Below, piece after piece: positions 13,101 to 25,100 of a stretch of DNA of 64,000 bases (the stretch's first letter is position 1; each line of letters starts with the position of its first letter). The notes beneath the pieces are model-generated. The model was given only the letters and a program-made list of their open reading frames with translations, did not search any database and had not been told where the DNA came from. This stretch comes from Amoebophrya sp. A120 (lineage: Eukaryota; Protista; Dinoflagellata), in assembly GCA_905178155.1 (NCBI GenBank), contig CAJINV010000012.1, positions 2,935,412-2,999,411 of the forward strand. The letters run 5' to 3'. A program made the position numbers and the translations under genes.

Positions 13101-16100
13101 CAACACAGACTTCAGAGTCATGCCAGACATGGCAAATATCGCAATCTCCCAGACCCAGACATTTTTGCAATCCATACGAAACTGTCGTTGACAACAGTTC
13201 CAAGTGCGCCAGCCACTTCGCGTAGGGGGAATTTTGCAGAAACTTCCGGCCATTCACCGCCAGCTGGATCAGCTCCCTTTCGGCTTTCAATTTCTCCTGC
13301 TTCTGCTTCTCCGCTTCGTCTTCTTCCGGGTTCAATGCCCCAGCGGCACTCGACGCCTTCTCTGCTGCATCCTCTTCCTCGAATTTCAGTGCGTGGTGGG
13401 GGAGGGAGCGCAGCATGAAACCAAAATTCGCCAGCTCCTTCGCCTGCTCGAAGAGCGCCTGTCGGATCTGCCTGATCTCTGGAATTGCGTCCAGTTTCTG
13501 CTGAATCGTTTCTAAGAACAATTTCTCTTCCGGTGAGAGTTGCTTCACGATTTGCTCGACATTCTCAACATTACCCCCATCCACGCTCGCGTTCAAATTC
13601 GGGAGTTTGCACCTGGACAAGCACATCACGTATAAGGGTAAACCCAGCGCGTGGTTACTCGTCCCGTGTAGATGCTCGCAGGAAGATTTCGCCAACTCCA
13701 AATACTCCGGGATAAATGTCGGAGCTGCCGTGTCAAACGTTTCCGCGGGATTGATCGCGAGTTTGTTGAATAATTCGATTAATTTCTCATCTATCCCCGG
13801 TAACGCGGACTCCTCCAATATCGGGAGCTTTGACAGCAGTATCGCAAGAAAAAACGGTTTCACTGTGAACTTGTGATGCAGAAAATGGAACACAACACTC
13901 TTTGTCTTGTTACATCTGCATAGAGCATTGGAGTTTCAACCGTGTTTTTCCCTATGGGAAATGCGCGCATGACAAATTTTCAGTGTCATGTGTAGCAAAC
14001 TTGTGATGCATGACACTGCAAAGTCATCACAGTGAAACAGTTTTTTCTTACGATAAGCAGGCTAGAGGAATTATTGGTCGGGGAGCCAACGGAAGTAGAG
14101 GACAAAAAACTCGCCTGACACAACAACGATTCGCCGCCGATGGTTTTCTGGATTTTATCGACAGTAAATTTCCTGTACATGTACAAATGCGGTTTCTGCA
14201 TGACAAAACTTTCCTTCAATTCTATTCAGCATGACAAGTGGCATGCTCCAAGTTGCTGACATTTGTGATGCATTTTGTACATGTACAGGAAATTTGTATT
14301 GCATAGATTTTCTCGCTGGACAACGAGAAATTCAAAAAGGACAACTCCGCGGTCAACAAGGCTAACCCCTGGCTGTAGTTCAAGTAGTGGGATAATTCGT
14401 ATGGATTGCAAATCTGTCTGGGTCTAGAAAATAATTGCGAGAATTTGTCATGCTCGTCTGGCATGACTCTGGGATCTGTACTACTGCGTGGCAACCAAGA
14501 GCTCCCCTGGCCTGTCGTGCAAGCACGCAGTTTCTCATGCGGAATACGCAACACAGAACCATGAAAAAACTTGTCATGCCTGGCGGCGCGTTACAGGAGT
14601 GTGGTCATTATTCAGTGGCCTGCATCACAACTTTCCAGACCCAGACATATTTGCAGTTGATAATTCATCGGACCCGACAATTGTCTTGATCGTCACCTCT
14701 GCCGCTTCCTTCTCGTAATAGGGTGCGGTTTCGAAAGATTCTAATCTTTTCACCGTGCAGAGCTGCAGGTACCGTTGAATACTATCGCCAGAAGATGTTG
14801 ACCCGCTCCCGTCCCCGTTCACCAGCCACTTCACGACGTTCCGACTAATCCGGCTTTGGCTCGCGACCGTGAGCAGTTGGTGAAACAAAAACACGGTTAA
14901 CTTCCGCGCGTGCGGGTCCCACTGGTTTAATTCGCAGGACTGCAAAGCGAGAACGCAGTTCATCAGCGTTTGAAACAAACAAGCCGGCTTGGTGCGAAAC
15001 TTCATCAGCTTCTTGATCTTGATATCACGTAGAAAAAAGCTGGCAGGGCATATTTGTAATGCAAAAATGAATACACAAAAAAACTGCATTGCATATCCGA
15101 AACAGCATGCTATGCGGCCACCCATGACAAGTCTCTCTGTCAATTACAATTTATTTTTGCACTACAAACATGCCCTCCCAGCTTATTTTTTCTCTGGGAT
15201 ACTTGATCAGGAGTAGGGATATCGCCTGGAAAATGATTTCGTTGGGCTCCACCGTGTCGTATCAAGTGCACATATGTCTGCGTCTGGGAGGATACGAAGT
15301 TGTGATGCGCATTTCACAACACTCACAAATTTCTCATGCATAGGAAGCAAAAGATCCCCTTTTTCTTCGTGACGCCAAAATGTGGGATTTGTCATGCAGA
15401 TTAGGCATCGTGAAACCTTCTCGAAAACCTGTGTTGGTAGGGCTGCCATGCCAGATCTTCTGCGTCATGCAAAAACAGCATGGCAAACATCTGCACTCAC
15501 CCAGACCCAGACATATTTGCACTTCATATGTCGTTCACCGAGCCAATGTGCTTCGCCTGCTCCTTATCCAGGAAAAAAAGTGTGTAAGTGTAACTTTCTT
15601 TGAGGAACAGCATCACAAACTTGCTCTACATGACAGAGAAAACCTGTCATGCGTGGCCTGTAAGGGAAAACGCACATGAAAAGAGGACTTCATGGCTGTC
15701 TGGCATGACAGGCGTAACTCTGTCGCATGTTCTGCAACACAAATTTACACTTACACAGTTTTTTTCTTGCATACTCCTTCGTCTTGCCGTTCAAATTGAC
15801 GGACGCTCGCTGTGTATCATTTGTAAATCGTTCCCACCCCAAAGCTGTAATGCAAATCTGCATGCTGAAAATGTTTCTCATGCGGAGACCTATGAGAAGC
15901 AGTGTCTATTGGTGTTTTGAGATTTGTGATGCTTGAAGCCACATAGTATGCTACATCTTTGATGCTGCTGCACTACCGCAAAACGACTACATTGCGAGCC
16001 CAAATTTGTCATGCGGAACAGCCAAAGCCTGGCGATTTGTCTAGCAGATTTCCCATCTTGACTCTGGGGTGGGGACGTTTTTGCTCACCATACTGTGCGC

Positions 16101-19100
16101 AGTCCAACGCAAGCAAAACCTCGTTGATGTCCTGCAAGAGCCCCAGTTGCCCGGAGAGAATCTTGCAGTCGTAATTCTGCCTCGTTTTCGTCGTGAAAAT
16201 CGAAACAGTAGAGTTCTCGATGTTCTGAATCCCCTCCCGCGTCCTCTGCCGTAGAACCAAAACCTTCGCGAACTGCAGTAGCACGAAGGGCGGGTTTCGG
16301 GCGACCACGTCGAACCGGAGTTTCCGGACCCGCACTTCGTTACTTTGGTTCGCTTTTGTTGCTTCCGTGAAATACATAAGGATTCTCCGCAGCGCCTGCT
16401 TCTGCAACTGGTTGTTGATTTTCAGGAATTCCTCGGACGTGGGGTTCTTCGTTGGATCGGTTGTTAGGAGATGTTTTTCCTCGATCAAAATCAATTCCTG
16501 CAAGATTTTGCACCAAATCACGCTGATCGGTATCAAATGCAAATACGTCCGGGTCTGGAAGAATGCAAGGTTTGTCATGCACGGCTAGCATGGCTCTTCA
16601 AGTCTGTCATGCCCGCCAACCAAAAGCCACATTTCTCTGCCATGCAAACACGCAGTTTGTCATGCAGATAGGCAACACTATAGCAACTCCAAAACTTGTC
16701 ATGCTTGGCTGTCAATGAAGGCATCGTCCACATGATTCGCCAAACAGCATCACAAGTTTCCAGACCCAGACTACATATTTGCATTTGATAGTCGGCATCG
16801 GGTAGCAGGCGGTCAACGGTGGCGTTGCGCTGCAGATCTGCCTATCAACTGCAAAAATGTCTGGGTCTGGCAGGTTGCCAGGCTTGTCATGCATATTTTG
16901 CATGACCCATGATGCCGGTAGTGCATGGCTTAGCATCACAGATTTTTGGAAGTAGGCTTCCTGATGCCTATTCCACATGACAAATGCCCTCTCCGCGTAG
17001 CACAATCTGGCTCTGGGCTCCTCTTGCTGGTCATGCAATACAGATTTTTTTAGAATCCAAAGACAGCATGACAAGCTTGGATCCTTCAAGACCCAGACAT
17101 ATTTGCACTTGATACTGCCCGACCGCGTTGATCGGCGGGCCGCCGATCCTTTCCAAGTCTGGCTCTAGTCCCTTTTTGAAATCGTACCCCCGCGTCTCCT
17201 TGACCGCGAAAGAGTAGTTGCTGTTTGGCGTCAGGCCCGTGATCTGCACCAAATCGTACCCCGGGTACCTCGCGCCGCACCCCTCCACCGCGGTGTGTAA
17301 CTCGGAAACTTCCACCACAATTATGCTGAGTAAAAACGTTCCCACCCCAGGGTTGTCATGCAAATCTGCATGCCAAGAAATTTTCTCATGCGGAGCCCCA
17401 TGAGAAGCATGCTCTAGTCGCGTTTTGGAGTTTGTGATGCTAGAATCAGCATGATGCGCTAGATCTGTGATGCTGCTGAACTTGCGAAGCAGGATCACAC
17501 TATGAGGGCAAACTTGTCATGCGCAACAGCGAAAGCTGGTTGAAGATTTGTCTAGCAGATTTCCCATCTTGACTCTCGTGTGGGGACGTTTTTACTCAGG
17601 ATAACAATCCCCGCTTCCTTCCCGTACAGCATGTACGTATCGGTTCTCCTGTTTGACTGGTTGTGCGCCCCGGGAAGCTTGTTCTGTAAATCCAAGCACT
17701 GCATGGGGTTCACGTTCTTCAACTCCCGGATGTCGATCCTACTGGCCTCTGTCCGCAGACTCGGCTTCACTTGCGGCCGCAGCTGATCCGGCCCTTTCCC
17801 GCCCGGTTGCCCGGACGGGAGCCGCAAGTAGATCGCCTTCGAGGTTTTGGAGATAAACAAAGGGTTCCTGGGTTTCGGCAGTTCACCTTTCTTTTTCTTC
17901 TTCTTCAACACCCCATGCTGTTTCAGCACGGAATCCACGAGGCGTAACCCCTTCTGCACCTCGGAATTGATTCCCGGAATGTAGTGGTTTTCTACTTCTT
18001 TCAAATTGTGCATCGCTTTTTCGTCCAGCATTTGCTTTTGATCCTCCGATAACCCCTTTTCAAAGTACTCCCACGCGTTTAGCTCCATCTGCTCGCACTT
18101 CTTCGCCTCTTCGCTCGCCTTCTTCAGTGCCAAGTTGCTGCTGTTCTCGTGCAACCGCGCGATGTGGATAAAATACAAGGCGCGCAATACCAAAAGGAAA
18201 AATCCCCCCGCCCCATATCGAAGAGACATGTTTCCGAGAATTTGCGTCGCTGATTTTAGACCACAGATCACGTCTGTCCTGCAAGAAAACAAGTCCAGAG
18301 GCCTCCGCGCCATTATGGAAGCGATTTGGCATGCTGTTGGGCCTAGGGGGCACCCGTTTGTGATGCTAAACAACTAGACCCACACTCCCCTACCTACGCT
18401 CAGGATCTGGCTGCTATGCCGTATTGCACGACAGCGCGCATTTGTGTACGGACATCCAGCATCAGAAACTTCGTCTCGATATGGGGAGGGGGGATTTTTC
18501 CTCACAATACGCAAATAAGCGTTCTGTCCCAGCGGCTGCGCGACGTCGGCCTCCTGGTCGGATAACGTCAACTTCTCCGGCGTGAAGTCCGTTGGTTCGA
18601 TGATTCTACGCCTTTCCGCGGCGGAGGTCTTCTCGGGAACGAGGACGTTCCCGGACTCTTTCACCGGGTTTTCCAGCTCCTTCATTTTGCCATACGTCGT
18701 GTCCGGGACGTCCTCGTACAGATCTTCGTTAAACTTTTTGTTCGGCCCAAGTTTCGACAACTTGTACATGATCGGCACCCCGAGCAGGGCGTTCTTGTTC
18801 TTTTTCGCCTGCTTCAGTTGCACATGCATCAAGAAGTCGTACATGTGGAACAGTAATACCGTTTTCTCCTGAAACGCCCGCTCCTGCACGGGTAAAATTA
18901 ACGTGTCCTCCCTGAGTAAAGACAAGGATGTATCCTGGAAAATTTTGTGCGCGAAAAGCGACTTCTTCGTGGGCAGTTGGTAGCCCCGCTTCTTCACTTT
19001 CGGGAGCAACGAAGTTAGGTCCGAAAAGTCCTCGTCGAATGGACGGTCCGTGTATGCATTGCAAATATGTCTGGGTCTCCTGGAATAAACTACTTGTGAT

Positions 19101-22100
19101 GCCAGTTCCTGAATGGCAGACGCGCTGACACATGCAGCCACACATGACAAGTTTTTGAGCTCCTACGTGTTTCGCTTTCCGCATGGCAAAGTGCATTTTT
19201 GCATGACAGACAACAGGCAAGGCAGTAGTGCTGTCCCTGCTCATGCATTACAGATTTAAAAGTCATGTGGGACAAGCATGACAAAGTTGCATTCTTCCAG
19301 ACCCGGACATATTTGCACTTGATACCGTGACCTCTTCGTCGATTCCCAATTCTGCGTGAATTTTCTCGCGAAACTCCTGGTCCAGGTCGCTGTAGTTGTT
19401 GGATAAGTGGGAGTAATACGCGAAAGACAGCGGCCTCAAACTCGGTGGGTCAAAACTGATGTTCAGCGCCGGGTGGTCGTCGAAAAAGGTCCTGGTCGTG
19501 TTGCCCTGCTTGTTGCTGTCCAAATCTTCTTCGAGTCTAGCAATCCCATTTTTCAGCGCCTGCGCCGCGAGGCGGTAGTCGGAATCCTCGGCGTTCAGCT
19601 GCGCGAGCGACCAGGAGAGGTTGGTCAACAGCAAGGCGTCGAACTTCCCAATACTGTGCATGGTTTTTAACAAAACCGGCAACACTTTTTTCAAAATACT
19701 GCTCCAGGAAGAGATCTGCCCGAGTTCCAAGTCGGACAGAATCCACTCCTTCGTCGTGTTTCGAAACTTTCTCGCCTCAATCGTTTTCAGCAGCGGCTGG
19801 AGGCAGTTTTTGTTCAATTTGAGCAGCATGTCCTCGAGCAGATCCGCGTTCTCCGCGAGAAAGACCTGGCCGGAAAGCCCGGACTATTGCAGTGAAAAGT
19901 GCCCCCCACCCCTCAAATTGCAAAAATTTGTGATGCGAAGTTTCCAAATGAAAACTTTTTGCCATGCATGAAAGGAGTATGAATCTTTCTGATGCAGAGC
20001 CTGCGCGTGTATCGCATCGCTTGCATGACAAGCGCCGCTCTTGCTGGGGTCTTTTGCAATACAGATTTTCGCTATTCACGATTGGAAACCTGTGATGCTG
20101 ACAGGTGCAAGAGGGCGAATGTTTCATTTGGAAAGGTTTGCAATACAAATGCTTTCAAGTTCGGGGGTGGGGGCATTTTTCATTTTGATACGGACAGGGC
20201 AAGCTTCAAGGTTTCGATGAACTCAGACAATTTCTCTATCAGATGAAAATATGTCTGGGTCTGGAAGAATGCAAGTTTGTAATGCTCGTCTGGCATGGGT
20301 CTTAAATCTGTGACGCATAAGCAGGAAAACGGCCTCTTGCATGTCATGCAAAAACGCAGTTTGTCATGCGAAAAACGAAACACACAGCAGCGCAAAAACT
20401 TGTCATGCTGGGCTGCATATTGTAGTGCGCCCACACTTCGTAGGTTTGCATCACAAGTTTCCAGACCCAGACATATTTGCAATTGATATTCTCCGTATTC
20501 ACACAATTCGCGTCGAACTGGCTGTTCTCGTTCGCGATCCGGGGGATCCAGGGGGAAGATCGGACTGCTATGCATTGCAAATATGTCTGGTCTGGAAGGT
20601 TGGAAGCTGAAATGCTAACTTTCCAGCATACGTAGGAAATCTGTATTGCCTAGCCAACAAAAATCGCGGCCTCTTTTGTACATGCAAAAACGCAGCTTCT
20701 CATGCGGATTGAGTAGGAGAAGGCGCCCTGGAAAGTTGTCATGCTGGGTTGCAATCGGAACTGTTTCTATCATCCACATCTTAGCATCACAAGTTCCCAG
20801 ACCGCCCAGACACTTTTGCACTTGATAACTGACGCCGGGGACTTATCTTCTTCGCCGGGCGGCGGGGCGGTGTACGGAAGAAGGACCTGGGGTGCAATTT
20901 AGTTTTAAGTATGCACCGCAGTGGTGTTACATATGCATATGCATGGGCATTCACGAGTACGTTATTAAAAACTGCCGCATGTTCTGGACAAAGAGAATTT
21001 ATCTTCGGACGAGTCAAGCACGACTAAGCCAAGCCTGATCCGCCGTTCCAAGAAGAGAAATAAGCTCTAGTAAGTAAACATCAAGTACCTCCGACATCAG
21101 GCGCATCAGCCTCATCATTCTGGTCACCCCCAACACCGCCGGCTGCTCGGTTTTTGCTTTCAGAAACAAGTAGTTCTGAAACGGTTTGCCCAGCAGCTCC
21201 TCTGGCGTTTGTCGCAAATCCGCTTTCACAATGGATGTAGACCCGTCCGTGCCGGTGATGTTCCCCTCCTCGTCGGTGGAAACCTTTATTTTGCGTTGGA
21301 GAATTTCAATTTGTCATGCATAAACATGCATTTACGCAATAAACCTCCTGTCATGCGGAACTACAATTACATCAATCGCCGAAAAAAAATTATCCACAAA
21401 TAGTACCGCTAAGCAGCTCAACTGCGGACTCTGCAGCACTCCCAGGTCGATAATTGGGGTCAATGCGAGTTCGAAATCGTCCAGCATCATGGTCCAGTTC
21501 TGAAATTTCAGATTTTTCACCAACTTGTCAGCGTCTATTGGCAAAATCGACTCGTCCGGTAGCTCTGGAACATTGGGGTTCACCTTCACCGTCTGCAGCA
21601 CCGTGGCATTATTCGCTTCTTTCATAGCGGCCAGCTTCGCCTTCGCGGTGGGCGACCCCCGCAAAGACTGCTCCAATTCTTCCTGCTTCGCTTTGTCGGC
21701 GTAATTCGGCACTGTTGCGTCGTACTTCCCGCTGTTTACGTCGTTTCCCACCTCCGCGTACGGCCCGCTGAGATACGTTTATGCATTGCAAATATGTCTG
21801 GGTCTGAAAGATTGGTAGGTTTGTCATGCAGGTTTTCCATGACCCACGCGGTCTGCCATGCACGGCCTAGCATGACAGGGTGTGTGAAATCTCTATCATG
21901 CCGGTCCTGCGTGAGAAACTGCCTCTAAACTTGTTCAAAAGTGGACCTCTTTTGGTAATCATGCAACACAAATTGTTCCACGATCCAGATGTAGCATGAC
22001 AAGTTACACTCTTCCAGACCCGAATAACATATTTGCATTTGATAACGTTTGCGCCCGGACGAAGGGGTCTACATCATAAACCGCTTTCTCGCTGTACACG

Positions 22101-25100
22101 GAAAAGGTCATATCCTGTGTAAAAACGTCCCCACCCCAGACTTCTTGTCATGCAGATTTGCAATGACAGGAACATTTGTGATGCGCATCCCCAGGACAGG
22201 CATTTTCAATCATGTTTGGGAAGAACTTGTAAAAATGCTCTAAACAGGATAAGCAGATGGATTTGTAATGCGGCTGTCCTTGCTAACTTGCACTACCTTA
22301 CGGACTGCAACGTGTCATGCGTGATTCCCAAAACTCCTAGATTTGTGTTGCAAAATCCCCATCTTGACTCTGGGGTGGGGACGGTTTTACGAAGGATAGG
22401 TCAAGAACGGGATTTTGTCACTCCCAATGTCGAACGCCGTCGCCGGGTGCGCTTCGATCGGGATCGGCAAGCACCGGTGCGAGATGCTGTTGTTCGCTCC
22501 TTCCTCCAAAAAGTGTTTCCGCGCCTCCTCCGCTTCGGTATGAAGATTGTCCACGACGGAGTCCCCCGACACGGAGGAATAGTAGTCCTGCTTCAACCAC
22601 GCGGGCGTCGCAGACGTCTCCGATCCGTCGATCTTCTTCTTCTTGCCGAGCGTGGGATCCTGATACAGATCCACGTCGTCGAAGTTATCTCCGTGAAAAT
22701 CTAGCAAAGAAGACCCGATTACAGCGAAGCGTTTGTGGGAATTCGCATCCACGATCCCCGCCTCCAACGGCTCGCGCTTGTTATTCACGATCGGCGGCCG
22801 CACGGCGAACTCGATGTGCACATTGCAAATCCGTTCCAAAATTCCCGGCTCGTCGATCGTTTCCGGGCCGGATTGGGGGAGATAGGCGGCAAAATTCGTC
22901 TTGTTGCTCATGTGCGCCTCCAGTTTCACTTTTGGGACGCCCTGGGTTTTTTCTGGTTTTTGGTCGTGCATAGTGAAAGTGAAGAACAAGATGAAACTTG
23001 GTCGTGTACTCGTCAAACTAACTTCCTCATGATCATTCCGCATCCTCATCAAAAATCTTCAAATCTTCTTGAACACAAATAGATCCACCCTAAGGATACC
23101 GGCCAGCTGGTGAGCGGATCGAAACGTTTCCCGATCAGAAACACGTGCCGTCCCTTCTCCCGCACGCGCAGCGCCATCAGCCTTTCCACTTTCTTCTTCG
23201 GATTGTCGTCGGCGTCGTCTGCCTGTGCCGCCAAGGCCGCATCCTGTTCCGCGACACGCTTGTTTTTCGACGATAGGTAGTTCAAATCGTTCGTGAGTGC
23301 AATGTAGCCGCCCGGGATGTCTGGATTCGGCGTTTCGCAGACCAGAATGTCAATCGCCACCAGGGGCGGGTTATCCATTGCAAATATGTCTGCCTGGTCT
23401 GGGAGGATGCAACTTGTGATACTTCGAACTTTGGAATCCTACATGATAAAACCTGTATTGCATGAACAGCAAAAGCGGTGCTGTTTTTCTTTGCCACATG
23501 AACAAGAGGAAACTTCTCATGCGGTATGAGCATCAGAAAGCTCTCGCAGAATCTGTGGTGCTAGGGCATGCATCACAGGCATCATGGGTCATAGAAAATA
23601 TGCATGACAAACTTGGCACTGTTCCAGACCCAGGCGTATTTGCAATGCATACGGGTCGAAGAAGTGCTTGTACTTTATCCTCAATACCATCGCGTCCATC
23701 AATTCGTGGAATAATCCGTTGTTGCTCGTATGCAATACAAATTTACCAAAACTTCTACTACACGTGCAAGAACATGCATTAGACAAATTCCACTCCTCCT
23801 GAACGAACACACGAAATGAGGCGTGTCATGCAAAAAGTGCCCAATACGTTAGGAAGATCCTTTGTGTACTAGAAGTAGATGCGGTAATTTTACTGCGCCG
23901 GATACTCCGCCGAACTGTTAAAGAACATGTCCAGCAACACCATTTTCTCCAGTAGAATCCTATGCGCCTGGATCGGGAACTCGGTGAGGAGCTTCTGAAA
24001 AATCGCCTGGTCAAAGAGTGTCGTGTAAAACTCGTCCGTTTTATGCAATACAAATTTCCCGTACATGTACAAGATGCATCACAAATGTCGCCACTTTGGA
24101 GTGTAACATCAATTGTCATGCTAAACTAGGATCGGAGCCAAGTTTTGTCCTGCAGAGACCGCATTTGTACGTCGTGTACGGGAATAAATTTACTGTGGAT
24201 ACGTTTCCTCTTCGTTCACCTCTGGCGGCGGGTCTGGGGGTTCGTACAGCCCGGAGGCTTTTAGCAGCTCAATCCGCTCCTTCTCCTTCCGGTTACACGT
24301 GTATTTTTCGAGTAAAATCACCAAATTCCGGATCTGCTCCAGGATATGGATTGCAAATATCCCTGGAGGTCTGCAAGAGTGGAACTTGTAATGCTGTCTG
24401 CGGATTCTAAAAATGTCTGCGTTGCATGAGCAGCAAGAGGAGTCAGCTCTTGGCACGCAGACAGGGCATTTCTAATGCGTAATTAGCTGCATCGAGAAGC
24501 TCTCAAAATAAAATCTGTGATGCTAGCACCAGCATCACAGACCTCACGGGTCATGCAAAATGTGCATGACAAGCCCCGACTCTTCCAGACCCAGACACTT
24601 TTGCAGTTGACACAGGAAGGGCTTCACCAATTCCAGTGCTTCCTGCAGCAAATTCTTCTGCGCTTGTATCGCGACGAAAAATCCCCCCTCCCCATACCGA
24701 AAAGGAACAACTCTGAAAATTTGTGATGCTGATTTGTGGCCACAAATCGTCTCTGTATTGCACCAAGGCCAATCCAGAGACTCCGCCACATTATGCAGGC
24801 AGTTTGTGATGCTATGGGCCCTACAGCGTACATATTTGCATGCTACGCGCCTTTGTCAGAACCCTTCTACTGACGCTTGGTATGGGCCTGCCGTCCTCCA
24901 CTGCAAGACAGATTTGTGTACGCAAATCCAGCATCAGAAACTCCTTTTTGATATGGGGAGGAGGGATTTTTCCTTTTGATAGCTTGCAGCTGGTTCGCGG
25001 AAGAGATCGCATCTAACGGGATAAAATCTTTCTGCAAATCGGAGAGGTAAGAACCGAAACACCGGGGCGGAAGCGGTGACCTGGGAAGAAGACCGACGAG

